A stretch of 64,000 nt of DNA, taken from the NCBI RefSeq assembly GCF_018350175.1, contig NC_058368.1, positions 141,610,001-141,674,000 of the forward strand, given 5' to 3'. Positions 1-12,990 of this stretch are shown here, piece by piece. Below the pieces are notes generated by a model that was given only the letters and a program-made list of their open reading frames with translations, was not told the DNA's origin and made no database searches. The position numbers and the translations under genes were made by a program. Source of the stretch: Felis catus (taxonomy: Eukaryota). Each line of letters starts with the position of its first letter. Position 1 is the stretch's first letter.

Positions 1-227
1 TTTTATTTAAATTTTTTTTTTCAATGTTTATTTTTTATTTTTGGGACAGAGAGAGACAGAGCATGAACGGGGGAGGGGTAGAGAGAGAGGGAGACACAGA
101 ATCGGAAACAGGCTCCAGGCTCTGAGCCATCAGCCCAGAGCCCGATGCGGGGCTCGAACTCACGGACCGCGAGATCGTGACCTGGCTGAAGTTGGACGCT
201 TAACCGACTGCGCCACCCAGGCGCCCC
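1..227 (-). mobile_element. Young felid CAN-SINE (SINEC_Fc)
   Basis: Reverse complement of GGGGCGCCTGGGTGGCGCAGTCGGTTAAGCG..., with CT region and A tail. Confidence 0.95.
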
Positions 228-1414
228 TATATTTTGTCCTTTTAAATCAGATTTTAAATTTGGATTTACATCACCACATAAACTACAAATTAAATATTAA
301 AACACTAAAAATGGTCCAGTTTGGAATTTTGAGGTGTAAGCAAGGTTCATCTTGTCTTTCATGATCTCGTGTTCATGATAGAAAAAGAAAATATAATAAA
401 ATGATAACAATATTTACAGTAGAGTATTATATGACCTTCATACCCTTGTTCTGAAGTACTTCAAAGTGAAAAAACTACGGTACAAAATAGATACAAAATA
501 CAAAATTTTATGTTACAATGAATATTAACAAACAACAGAGGATACTCAAGAAACAAATAATAAAGGACACTTGGGAAAGTACTATTTGTGGTTACCTGAG
601 GAGTAAAGCACTAATGATTTGGGGTAGGTGAAGTCAGATGAGAGTTAATTTTTTTTTTTTTGAGCATTTACCTTTGAGTTTATTCTTCACTTGACTTTCA
701 AAACATTCCTATACCTGAATATTAATACAAACGCAATAGTAAGTAGTGAGCTACCATTATTATAATCCTTCACTCATTCACTACTGCATATAAAATGCCA
801 ACAGTCAGTGGTATTCACTGGCCTCATTTAGAGATCTGACACTGAATATCACCCTTAGGCTAATGTTCATCATCCTCCTATGCTTCTCCATCGTAATGGT
901 GCCATCTTTCCTGATTTGGATCAAAGTTCACCACTTCTTTTCAATTTTGAATAATTTTAAAGTTTGCTAGCTATTCCTTTACCAATATTTTCTAAGTTTT
1001 CTGGAATAAAGCAAAATTCAATTAGAAAGACACCTAAATACATTTAATAGTTTTAATTCTCTAAACATGGCTCTTTTGCAAGTTTTGCAAAAACTTGTAC
1101 TAGTTAAAATAACAAGTACAAATATAAAGTCATAATTTGTTATACTTAAAAGGCATAATTAGCTGAAAATATTTTCCATTATTGTTACAAACCCATACTC
1201 ACAGAGGAACAGCAATTTCAAAATCTGGTCACTTTCAGTAGTTAGACAAATAAATAAATGACAGGAAACTACAAAAAGAAGTAACAGCAATAGAAAAGGA
1301 TGGACATAAGGAGAAACTTTAAGAAATGAAAATCATTAGGATAGTGATAATCAACTAATAACAAACTATTTAATTATCTAAATATGACAATAACATGATC
1401 TTAAATACGTAGTC

Positions 1415-1670
1415 CAGTGTTTTCCAAACTACTCCATGGTATGTGAATGGTCAAATAAGCTTAAAAAACAGTTTGCCAAATTTTACAGATTTAGGATATG
1501 TATTTGTATGTTAAAAGGTCCTAAGAAGTCTTGCAGTAAGGAAATCAGCTTAACTTTGTTCAACTGCAAGCTTACTTGGGGCAAAAGAAAAAAAAAGAAA
1601 AAAAAAAAAGACTTTTTCCCCCACTCAGCATTCTCCAGAACAGCTGTTCCTCAACACAAGTTTTGAGAAG
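1415..1670. mobile_element. hAT-Charlie MITE, MER103C-like
   Basis: CAGTGTTTTCCAAACT start and internal AAAAGGTCCTAAGAAGTCTTGCAGTAAGGAAATC resemble the recalled MER103C consensus. Confidence 0.55.
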
Positions 1671-2169
1671 TACATTGTAGATATCTGTAAACTACACAAA
1701 TTTGCATACGACACATTTAAACATACTGTTCATAAAATTCTAAGTAGAATAAAAGTTTTGGGTAAATCAAGAATTAAGAGAACTTGAAATTAAAAAAGTT
1801 TTAGCTTAAGTTGTCTTGATTTTAGTTTTTCTTACTGTAAATAAGATTTTCATAGTTATAACCAAACTTGTACTAAGGGCCATCTAATAAGTAACAGTCC
1901 AATACCTACTAAGGATACAGATAATCGGCCAATACAATTAACAGTGGTAATAAACTATAATAAATTGGTATTTAGAAAAACGTTATGGATATTTTCATAC
2001 AAAAAATCTAGAGAAAATAGCATAACAAATCCCATGTATTCTTCACTGAGCTTTCACAATTAATATTCTGACAGTCTTGTTTCATGTATCTCCTGCCACT
2101 TATTTACATATTTACTTATTATTATTTTCAGATATTTTATCTGGTTTGATTTTTGAGGTTAAAGCCTGT

Positions 2170-3415
2170 GACTTCTACCCCAACTCCTCACCTTACACCA
2201 ATCATATACAAAAATTAATTCAAAATGGATCAAAGATCTAAAAGGCTAAAATTATGTAACTTTTAGAAAAAAACATCAGGGATAAATCTTTTTTTTTTTT
2301 AGGGGTAAACCTTGATAACCTTGTGACTTTCTAGATATAACACCAAAACCACAAGAAACAGAAAAAAAAATGGCTTTTGTCAAAATCAAAAACTTTTGTG
2401 CTCTGAAGAACACTATTAGTTAAGTGAGAAAGACAACAGAATGGGAGAAAGTATGTGGAAATAATATATTGGGTAAATTTGTATCCAGAATATATAAGAA
2501 CTCTTACAATTCAATAATAAAAAGACAAATAACCCAATTAAAAAAATCAGTAAAGGGAATCTGCATAGTATACAAACACCCAATAAACACATGAAAAGAT
2601 GATCAACATCATTAGTCTTCAGGGAAATGTACATCAAAATCACAGTAAGATATCACTTCATATTCATTAAGATGATTATAATTAAAAAGGAAGGAAAAAA
2701 AGTCAGATAATAACAAGTGTTGCTGACAAGGCATGTGGAAAAATTGAAACCGTCAAATCCTAATGGTAGGAATGCAAATTGGTGCAGCTGCTTTGGAAGT
2801 TTGGCCATTCCTCAAAAAGTTAAACACAGAGTTACCATATGTATCAGTAATTCCATTCCTAAGTGTCTACCCAAGAGAAAAGAAAACATATGTCCACATA
2901 AAAACTTGTACATGAATGTTCACTGTAACATTATGCATAATAGGCAAAATGTGAAAACAACTCAAGAGTCTATCAAATGATGAATGGACAAATAAAATAT
3001 GATATACCCATACACTGGAATAATATTTAACAATAAAAAGAAATGGAGTACTGATTTATGCTGTAACACGGATGAATCTTGAAAACATGCTAAGTCAAAG
3101 TAGCCAGACAGAAAAGCCCACATATTTATACGATTCTATTTATAAGATATATCTGGAATAGGCAAGTCTGTGGAGACAGATTAGTAGTTGACTAGGACTA
3201 GAAAGGATGAGGGAAGAACTGGGAGTCTAATTTAATTGCTAAAGGGTCAGGGGTTTATTTTTTCAAGTGATGAAATGTTCTAAAAATAACTGTGGGGACA
3301 GTTGGACAACTCTATGAATATACTAAAACCAAATAAACAGTATACCTTACATGGATGATTTGTATGTGTAAATTATATCTCAATAAAGCTGTTTACAAAA
3401 AGAAAAGAAAAAAGA
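2170..3415 (+). mobile_element. Old L1M LINE, ORF2 3' end and 3'UTR
   Basis: Degenerate L1 motifs (caaaatggatcaaagatcta, catgaaaagatgatcaacatcattag, ...aattatatctcaataaagct) followed by an A-rich tail. Confidence 0.9.
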
Positions 3416-3673
3416 ACTTGCTAGGATCACAAAATCCTCTACAAGTATGTATTCACTGGATACATTCAAGCTTAGAATTGTGACAGTTGAACATGTGAAC
3501 ATCCAGTATAGAAATGTGCATTGACTTATAGTTTAAAACTGCTTTAACAGTTTTCAGTATTGAGATAAAAACATCCTCTGAGATCAAAGATTTCAAAATA
3601 AAATCATTAATGGGTATCACTACAGAAACTTCTGTAGGAGCTCCTTTTAAACAGTTAAAGAAACTTGCTGGGA

Positions 3674-4004
3674 CAGAGATGGCAAGTTAGTTGCCAGTCT
3701 GCTCAAATGACTCCTAAAGATGTTTTTGATTCACAATGTTAAAAAGAATTAAAAACACAAAAACAGATTTGTTGCCATATTAAACAACTAGGAGACATAA
3801 TTTATGTCTGGATTTCTCTTGAATGTTTTTCATCAGGGAACATTGGGGCTGCTTTCCCTATACTGGATGGGAGCTAAGTAGTGGCTACTGTTTTTTTTTT
3901 ACATGAGACATATGCTTTTCACTTTGCCCCAGTTCACACAACTTCCTGTTTCCCATTCAGGTCTAACACCTGGTCCCTATAAGCAAATTAGTTTGTCATC
4001 TCTG
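3674..4004. mobile_element. hAT-Charlie MITE, MER102-like
   Basis: Terminal inverted repeats CAGAGATGGCAA / TTGTCATCTCTG; internal similarity to the recalled MER102 consensus. Confidence 0.65.
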
Positions 4005-4232
4005 CTGGAGTAACTTACATATCATCAATGCATCAATGTGATATCAATAGCAATAGTGCTATTACTATTTTTATTATTTTTATAGCATCATGATTATTAT
4101 TCAGAATATCAAGGATACTGATAGTATCCTAACCTAGGTGACTAAACTCTCCTAAATTAAAGTAGCTGACATGGAATGGACTAACAGAAAGAGGCACATT
4201 CAATTAACATCCTGTAATTCAAAGTCTCAGAA

Positions 4233-4570
4233 CAAGGGTTGGCAAACTATGGCCAATGAGCCAAATTTGGCCTGCCACTTGTTTTAGTATTGTCTGAGGG
4301 CTATGAATGATTTTTTAAAGGTTTAAAAAACATTTGTAATATTAAATTTCATATTTTAAATGGTTAAAAAATTATTTTGCAACATGTAAAAATGTAAAAA
4401 TCCTATGGAATTCAAATTTCAGTGTCCATCCACACTCATTCATCTATGTATCTCCTGACTGACTACTTTCATGCAATAACAGCGGAGATGAGTAGTTGTG
4501 ATAGAACTGTATGGCCCACATAGCCTAACATATATACTATCTGTTCCTTTACAAAAAAGGGTTGCTGACT
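4233..4570 (+). mobile_element. MER58B hAT-Charlie MITE
   Basis: CAAGGGTTGGCAAACTATGGCC...AAATTTCAGTGTCCAT...CCTTTACAAAAAAGGGTTGCTGAC matches the recalled MER58B consensus. Confidence 0.8.
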
Positions 4571-5108
4571 TAGAAGACCGCTACTTAATTCCATCCAACC
4601 TTTAACTATCTTAGCGTTTACCACACAACACTGAAGCCAGTTTGTTAGCTAGGTCTTATGTTCCTGGAAGATGGGATTAAGAGAAATTCTTGACCTGTAT
4701 ACATAGTAAGCACTCAATGTTTGTTAAATGAATAAAGAGCTGAATATACAAATCTCACTATTGCCTTTTAACATTTTCAACTTAAAGAGATACACAAAAC
4801 AACCCTAAAGCTAACAAAAGTGATTCACAAAACTTCAGAAATAAGAAAAATATGATTTTTGAGAAAGTATGCAATAAAAGAAAAGAGATGGATTCCATGC
4901 CTAGGCCCACAGATGATTTTGGCTGGTAATCCAAGTCATCCTATTCCATTGTGCTTGTTACAGAAAATAGCGCAACAACACCAGCAAAATGGAAGAAACT
5001 CTTAATTCCATACTACATTTGACAAGTAAAGGTGCTGAATATTTGCATGGCTATTGGCATATCAAAACAAAAAAAAAAAGTAAAGTTTTTGTTTAAAAAG
5101 CCCTATTT

Positions 5109-5861
5109 TGTACCGCCTTATACCTGTCAGAATGGCTAACATTAACAACTCAGGCAACAACAGATGTTGGCGAAGATGCAGAGAAAAAGGATCTCTTTTG
5201 CATTGTTGGTGGGAATGCAAGCTGGTGCAGCCACTCTGGAAAACAGTATGGAGGTTCCTCAAAAAACTAAAAATAGAACTACCCTACCACCCAGCAATGG
5301 CACTACTAGGCATTTATCCACGGGATACAGGTGTGCTGTTTTGAAGGGACACATGCACCCCCATGTTTATAGCAGTACTATCCACAATAGCCAAAGTATG
5401 GAAAGAGCCCAAATGTCCACTGATGGATGAATGCATAAAGAAAATGTGGTATATATATACATACATACGTACATACAATGGAGTATTACTCGGCAGTCAA
5501 AAAGAATGAAATCTTGCCATTTGCAACTACGTAGATGGAACTGGAGGGTATTATGCTAAGTGAAATTAGTCAGAGAAAAACAAAAATCATATGACTTCAC
5601 TCATGTGAGGACTTTAAGAGACAAAACAGATGAACATAAGGGAAGGAAAACAAAAATAATATAAAAACAGGGAGGGGGACAAAACAGAAGAGACTCATAA
5701 CTATGGAGAACAAACTGAGGGTTACAGGAGGGGTTGTGGAAGGGGGATGGACTAAATGGGTAAGGGGCACTAAGGAATCTAGTCCTGAAATCATTGTTGC
5801 AGTATATGCTAACTAACTTGGATGTAAATTTTTAAAAATAAAAAATAAAATTAAAAAAAAA
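5109..5861 (+). mobile_element. 5'-truncated carnivore L1 with target-site duplication
   Basis: ORF2 C-terminal peptide ([29 protein letters not shown]), poly(A), TSD AAAAAGCCCTATTT at 5095-5108 and 5862-5875. Confidence 0.95.
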
Positions 5862-6569
5862 AAAAAGCCCTATTTCATGAAAAGGCCCAGGAAGCAAGTT
5901 ATTGAACAGCAAATGTATTGCCCTGGAAAAAGAAAAAAAAAATCAGAAACCTAGTAATGCTCACATATAAAATTACAGTGAATAAAGTGTCAGGGGGCAA
6001 GATGCAGCAGGAGAAATTGAAAAGGTTCCACTCCCAGACAGTATAAATCAATGTATTAATGAAAAGTCACATGACATGATACAGCGTATATAAGTTTAAT
6101 TAACTTCACTAGATAGTATCAAATTGCTTTCCAAAGTAGTTGTATCAATTGATACCCACACTGCACTGTATGAAATATCCTAGTGCTCCTTGGCATCCTG
6201 ATCAACAACTGGAATTGTCAGAATTATTAAGTTTCTGACAATAAGAAGAAATTGAAATGGTATTATATCATAGTTTGAAATATTAACTTTCCTGATAGTT
6301 TATAAGGCTATCTATGTTTATTAAAATAATAGACACTGGATAAGTATTTGCTAAATCACTGAGTGAATATCTTCTGACTCTATTCCCTTCCTTTGGGGGA
6401 AGGCTAAGATTTAGTAAGAAAGCTTAACTCAAGTATATATTCACAGTTTTTAAATTTGTTACTAAAATATTTTTCTGTAAATAATTATACGGTCTTATAC
6501 AGAAATACATGAAAAACTATAAAAAATTAAAATTAAAAAAACATTCATAGTCTCATTGCTTAAATAACT

Positions 6570-6876
6570 ATTGATCCAAAATGCACACAATTCCAAAATC
6601 CAAAAACGTTTTTAAAAAAGGAAATTTAAAAATTAAGCTTGGCACAAGTTGATTTGGCAGCAAAATATAACCTCAACTGACATGAAATTATAAACTTTAT
6701 TTATCCTACTTAATGTGAATAGTCCCATGTTTCACTGCAGAAATATTAACATGTTTGATTATAGAGTACTTCTTCAGATGTTATGAAAACCTGTTACTGT
6801 TCAAAAATCTAAAAAAATTTGGAATGCAGAAATACATATGGGCCCAAGTGTTTCATATAAGGGATTATGGAACTGT
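6570..6876. mobile_element. Tigger-derived MITE, MER46C-like
   Basis: Ends GGGCCCAAGTGTTTCATATAAGGGATTATGGAACTG-TA, resembling the Tigger4/MER46 terminus. Confidence 0.5.
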
Positions 6877-6884
6877 ATTAACAT

Positions 6885-7078
6885 TAAAAAAATATTTATT
6901 TTGAGAGAGAGTGCATACAAACAGGGGAAGGGCAGAGAGAAAGAGATAGACAAGCAGGCTCGTTGCTGTCCGCACAGAGCCCAATGTGGGGCTCAAACCC
7001 AGGAACCATGGAATCGTGACCTGAGCAGAAACCAAGAGCTGGACACTTAACAAACAAACTAAGCCACCTAGGTGCCCC
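6885..7078 (-). mobile_element. CAN-SINE (older)
   Basis: Diverged SINEC body ending ...AGCCACCTAGGTGCCCC. Confidence 0.9.
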
Positions 7079-7860
7079 TATGTTAACATTTTTAATACTT
7101 TCCATAGTCCTTTTCTTTCAATCACATATGTGTAAAAATTCATATGTGCGTGTATATAAATAATTGGAAAAATGTATCATTGTCTTTCTTTTTTTACTGA
7201 AGTACAGTTGACACACATTGTTACATTATTTTCAGGTATACAACATTAATGATTCAACAAGTTTCTACCTCATGCTATGCTCAGTGTATCATTTTCAATA
7301 TTACTAAACATTTTTTTAAAAATGTAGCTGTTAGTGGCTACAAACCATTTCATAGTACCAGTAGGAGAGCTTAATAAAGTATTATTTTATTGGATACTTA
7401 GGCCATTCCCATATTATAAATAATACTGTAATGAACATCCCTACTCATAATTCTATAGAATGTATTATATTTTACTGCATAGTATTTAAAATATATAGTG
7501 CCTGATAAGAAATCAGACCAAGTCCTTTTCCAATAAATGATAAGTGATCATTTACTAATGAATACTTCCTTTTCTTACTGATGTGATAAGCCACCTTTGC
7601 CATTCATTATTAGTAATAAAAAACAAAATACAAATATTATATCAATCTATCCTATTTTAGCCTTGCTGTTATTTCCTTTTAGTCAGAGAAAATAGTATGC
7701 CAGGTTTCACTGTTTAACTATCAATAAACATATCAAACTTTAAAGAGATAAAAAGTTAACAAGAGAAAAATATGGAAAATGGCACATTCAGGGAAAAGAA
7801 GAGAAGTCTGATAATCAATAGGAATTGTAGATAGTACAGAAAAAAAGCAGGATAAGATTA

Positions 7861-8081
7861 AAAATTTTTTTTCACATTTATTTATTTTTGAGAGACAGAG
7901 CGAGAGACAGCATGAGTTGGAGAGGGGCACAGAGAGAGAGGAGGGACACCGAATCTGAAGCAGGCTCCAGGCTCTGAGCTGTCAGCAGAGAGCCTGACAT
8001 GGGGCTCGAATTCACGGACCATGAGATCATGACCTGAGCCGAAGTTGGTCGCTTAACTGACTGAGCCACCCAGGAGCCCCC
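7861..8081 (-). mobile_element. CAN-SINE (SINEC_Fc2-like)
   Basis: Typical body CAGGCTCCAGGCTCTGAGCTGTCAGCAGAGAGCC... Confidence 0.93.
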
Positions 8082-8364
8082 CGAAATTATTTTTTAAATA
8101 AAATTTTCCAGAGCTGGAAAAAAACAATAACCTTAAAGACAAGTGCCAACTAGAATCAATGAAAAAAACCACATCTTATATACACTGCTGAAAATTTCCA
8201 GAGATCCAAGAAAAAGAAAACTTTTAAAGAGAGAAAAAAAAAAGATTGACATATTTCACAATAATACCAGGTACCAGAAGACAATGGACCAATCTCTTCA
8301 AGTTCTCAGAGACAATGATTTGTAAATTGGATTTATAACTGTAATAATGAGGGAAAAATTCACT

Positions 8365-8935
8365 GACTCATTTAGCAATTATTTACTGAGGGTCTCCTAT
8401 GTGCCAGGTATGATTTTAGATACCAAGGATGTAGCTAGTGAACAAAACTACAAAAATCTCTGCCCTATGGCACTTTTTAGTGGGAAAGAGAAGAAATAAA
8501 TAAGCAAATTGTATAGTGTGTTAGAATGTGATAAGTGCTTTAAGAGAAAAAGCAGTAAAGAAGGATTGGTAATACGTGGGATTTGCAATTTAAAATAGGA
8601 TGGTCAGAGAAGGCCTCTTCGAGAAAAGGATACGTGAATTAAGATCTGAAAAAGGTAGGGGCGCCTGGGTGGCGCAGTCGGTTAAGCGTCCGACTTCAGC
8701 CAGGTCACGATCTCGCAGTCCGTGAGTTCGAGCCCCGCGTCAGGCTCTGGGCTGATGGCTCAGAGCCTGGAGCCTGTTTCCGATTCTGTGTCTCCCTCTC
8801 TCTCTGCCCCTCCCCCGTTCATGCTCTGTCTCTTTCTGTCCCAAAAATAAATAAAAAACGTTGAAAAAAAAAAAAAAGATCTGAAAAAGGCAAGAAGTCA
8901 TTTGGATAGGTGATGAAATAAGTTATAGGCCAGGG
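8365..8935. mobile_element. L2 LINE 3' fragment, interrupted by a SINE
   Basis: cattcactgactcatttagcaattatttactgagggtctcctatgtgccagg is a typical L2 3' end. Confidence 0.7.
8658..8877 (+). mobile_element. Young SINEC_Fc with TSD
   Basis: Near-consensus with CpGs intact; TSD AAGATCTGAAAAAGG on both sides. Confidence 0.96.
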
Positions 8936-9196
8936 GAATATTTTTTACTTCTATAAAAATTCAGGAAGTATTTATAATGCCCCCTTCCTGAGAAATTTAC
9001 TAAAGAATATACTCCAGCAAACTGAAGATGAAAATCAAGAAAAAAATCATGGTAAATATAAATGCAACAGTCTAGTAAAGAAAAAAAATATCCCAGGATT
9101 GAAATTGTGCTATAGGCCTGGAAAAGAGTCTAAATAAGAATCTTACTGTGGAATCTTACAACAGCATCTTTAAGAATTAGAGGAATGGAATAGATT

Positions 9197-9421
9197 ATTT
9201 TTTAATTTTACTTTTTTAAAAGTTTATTTATTTTTGAGAGAGAGACAGAGAGAGTTAGCATGGGAGGGGCAGAGAGAGACAGGGAAAAAGAGAATCCCAA
9301 GCAGGCTACACATTGTCAGCATGGAGCCTGACGCAGGACTCAAACCCATGAATTGTGAGATCATAATTTGAACTGAAAATAAGAGTTGGATTCTAAACAG
9401 ACTGTGTCACCCAGGTGCCCC
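9197..9421 (-). mobile_element. CAN-SINE with TSD
   Basis: TSD TGGAATAGATT on both sides. Confidence 0.92.
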
Positions 9422-9800
9422 TGGAATAGATTCTAAGGAACAGATACAAGGAGTTAGAAGATAGAAGAGAAGTCATATTTTTTGCCTCTTCTCAATTGAA
9501 AAAAAAAAAAAAGACAATTGGAAACTCCAGGAAAATTCCTCCCCCACCACGATGTTATGGTTGTAATATGAAGCAATTACTGGAAAAGAAAATTAATTTA
9601 ACTTAGATTTGTAAGAATAATCTCCTTTGGGCAGCACAGGATCCACTGAAAAATAAATGCAATACTATGATATTTACTATATTTAAAATGATATATAATT
9701 TATTCATTTTCAACTTTTAAAATAAACTTATCAGCAAAAATATATCTTTCCCCACTTATCTATTCAATCATGTTTTTAATGTTTGTTTAAAAGCTAAGGA

Positions 9801-9886
9801 GTAGGTGATGGGCATTGAAGAGGGCATCTTTTGGGATGAGCACTGGGTGTTGTGGGGAAACTAATTTGACAATAAATTTCATATAA

Positions 9887-9936
<50 letters not shown>
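9801..9936 (+). mobile_element. Very short felid L1 3'-end insertion with (TAAA)n tail
   Basis: GGTGATGGGCATTGAAGAGGGCATCTTTTGGGATGAGCACTGGGTGTTG L1 3'UTR; TSD TAAAAGCTAAGGA at 9788-9800 and 9937-9949. Confidence 0.88.
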
Positions 9937-9939
<3 letters not shown>

Positions 9940-10959
9940 AAGCTAAGGAATGTCTACCTATTTTTTTTTTTCATAAAAACCATGATGTAAGTGATGGCTA
10001 CGATGACCCTTGACTAGCCAATGAAACTTTACCATTTCATAAAAGTTAAAGAAAACTTTCATAAAAGTGATTACACCTGTGTAATCAATTTCCTGTATTA
10101 AATGCCTGTTTGAGATCCCTAGCATGATTTCCTTTTTCCCGAGTGATATAGTTCTCCCTCTACTGACATAACTAGTAACAAGCTCTCCTGTTTCTGAAGA
10201 AAAAAATAATGCTTTTGAGATGTTTATTGTATGAGACATAAGGAAAAAAAGAAACTTTTATCAAGGGCCTAATATAAACAGAGCTTTAAGTACTTTATTG
10301 CATTAAACAGTTCTATTTAAGTATCATCCCCATTTTACAGTCTCTTGTTCATTATCTCTCCTTACGATGTTTTTAAAGTCTTTAGATTTCATGAGAACTG
10401 AACCAGGATCAATATTTCAGAAACGAATAAAATACAAGCTACATTATTTTGTGTATCTTTGAGAAAAATGATAATATTAATGAAAATTAAGCTGAAGAAA
10501 CACAGCAATGTTTATAAAAGAAGTTAGGTTGGATGAAGGACTTTTGATGTTTTAGCATTTCCAATGGCCATCATCAAATCTGCTTCTCCCAAAACTAGCC
10601 CTATGGAAAAGTTTAACAGTTACAACTCAAGAAGAGATAGTTACAACAATGGAATACCACAAAACATAAAACAGATTTAGGCAAAAGCTTTAATCATTCA
10701 AGATAAGCTAAAATTAAAATAGGATAATAAAAGCTGTTAACACACAGTGATCATTTACTATGGACCAGATACTATGTCAAAGCGTGCTGCATGCATTATG
10801 TCATTTAATCCTCAAAACAACCTTATAAAATAGGTACCATTATTATTTACATCTTAGTAACAACTAAACTGCAATTCACAGAGCTTGTCCAAGTTCTCAT
10901 AGCTGTTAAGTGTCCCAGAACTGTTTTATTTCAAAGTCAGTCTTCGCTACTACTTATAC

Positions 10960-12380
10960 ATTTTTATTTATTTGTTTTTAAATTTATTTAAATTCAAGTT
11001 AGTTAACATATAGTGTAGTATTGGTTTCAGGAGTAGAACCCAGTGATTGATAACTTACATGGAACACCCAGTGCTCATCCCAACAAATGGCCTCCTTAAT
11101 GTCCTTCACCCATTTAGCCTATCCCCCTCACCCACGTCCAGCAACCCTCAGATTGTTCTCTGTATTTAAGAGTCTCTTACTCTGTCTTTATCTTATTTTT
11201 CTTTTCCTTTCCCTATGTTCCCTATGTTATGTTCTTAAATTCCACGAGTGAAGTCATCTGATATTTGTCTTTCTCTGACTGACTTATTTCACAAATCATA
11301 ATACACTCTAGTTCCATCCACGTTGTTGCAAATAGCATGATTTCATTCTTTTTGATCATCGTGTAGTTTTCCACTGCACACACACACACACACACACCCC
11401 ACATCTTCTTTATCCATTTGTTAGTGGATGGACATTTGGGCTCTTTCCATAACTTGGCTATTGTTGATAACACTACTACAAACACTGGGGTGCACGTGCC
11501 CCTCCAAATCAGCATTTTTGTACTCTTTGGGTAAATACCTAGTAGTGCAATTGCTGGGTCATAGGGTAGTTCTATTTTTAATTTTTTAAGGAACCTCTGT
11601 ACTGTTTTCCTGAGTGGCTGCACCAGTCTGCATTCCCACCAGCAGGGCAAACGGGTCCCCCTTTCTCTGCATCCTCACCAGCATCTCGTTTCCTGAGTTG
11701 TTAAAGTTAGCCATTCTGACAGGTGTGAGGTGGCATCTCATTATGGTTTTGATTTGTGTTTCTCTGATGATGAGTGATATTGAGCATCTTTTCATGTGTC
11801 TGTTGGTCATCTGGATATCTTCTTTGGAAAAGTGTCTATTATTGTCTTCTGCCCATTTCTTCACTGGATTATTTGTTTTTTGGGTGTTGAGTTTGACAAG
11901 TTCTTTACAGATTTTGGATACTGACCCTTTATCCGATATGTCATTTGCAAATATCTTTTCGCATTCCATCGGTGCCTTTTAGTTTTGTTGATTGTTTCCT
12001 GTGCTGTACAAAAGCTTTTTATCTGGATGAGGTCCCAACAGTTCACTTTGGCTTTTATTTCCCTTGCTTTGGGAGACGTGTCTAGTAAGAAGTTGCTGCG
12101 GCCAAGGTCAAAGAGGTTGTTGCCTGTTTTCTCCTCTCTGATTATGATGATTTCTTGTCTTACATTTAGGTGTTTCATCTATTTTGAATTTATTTTTGTG
12201 TATGGTATAAGAATGTAGTCCTGTTTCATACTTCTACATGTCGCTGCCCAATTTTCCCAGTGTCATTTGCTAAAGAGGCAGTCTTTTTTCCATTGCACAC
12301 CCTTTCCTGCTTTGTCAAAGATTAGTTGACCATACATTTGTGGGTCCCCCTCTGGGTTCTCTATTCTGTTCCACTGATCT
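10960..12380 (-). mobile_element. 5'-truncated carnivore L1 (ORF2 C-terminus plus 3'UTR)
   Basis: Frameshifted ORF2 peptides in the ORF track (11222-12178 minus); T-rich tail on the left. Confidence 0.95.
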
Positions 12381-12470
12381 ATTTATAACTTATAGTTATC
12401 TATTTATAACTTTTTAAAATGTGTTTAAACATTTGAACACATTAAAAAAAAAAGTTAAAATGGGCTCAAC

Positions 12471-12990
12471 TGTAAAAGGCATTATTGGTTGCCTATCCAA
12501 CAGCCACTTCTTACTTGCCAACAGAATCTAATTTTGTTTATGATCATCCAAGCAGCAGGGCATAACCTCTAAAAAGAATCCAATCATACCCTCTGCCAAG
12601 TGATAGCTTAGGCACGTATAAGTGATCCATTTGCGGCCATAGCTACATAAAGGCCATCTGTTGGGGGCTTCTGAGAAGGTTGCCATTCTTCATAAATGCA
12701 TTATAAGCAGATATAATTCCATTTTCTCCCCTAGACATCATCACCTGTGACACCTGCCACTTGTGGCAAGTACTATGGGATCATGAGGAGATCCAGCCTA
12801 AAAGGACAGGTCACTCTGGGATGTTAGAGAACTTGAGTTTTTGATGATGGTATTAAACCACTGAATTTAACCAACTCTGAAACACTTTACCTCCAATTTC
12901 TTTATCGTATGAGATGATGAATACCCTTACTGTTTAAGCCACATATAGCTTGATTTTCTATTACTCTGAAGCTAAAAGCATCTCAAGTTA
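12471..12990 (+). mobile_element. Old MaLR solo LTR (MLT1-like)
   Basis: TG start; MLT1-type 3' motifs (...taccctta ctgtttaagccac...gattttctattactctgaagctaaaagcatc). Confidence 0.6.

Noticed and set aside
41..364. Recurrent ORFs such as MGQRETEHE..., MAQSVKRPTSAQV..., GAPGWRSRLSVRLQPG...
   Set aside because: Translations of CAN-SINE copies; their recurrence reflects the repeat, not a gene family.
8658..8740. tRNA-like A/B-box sequences
   Set aside because: SINE heads derived from tRNA; no independent tRNA gene is supported.
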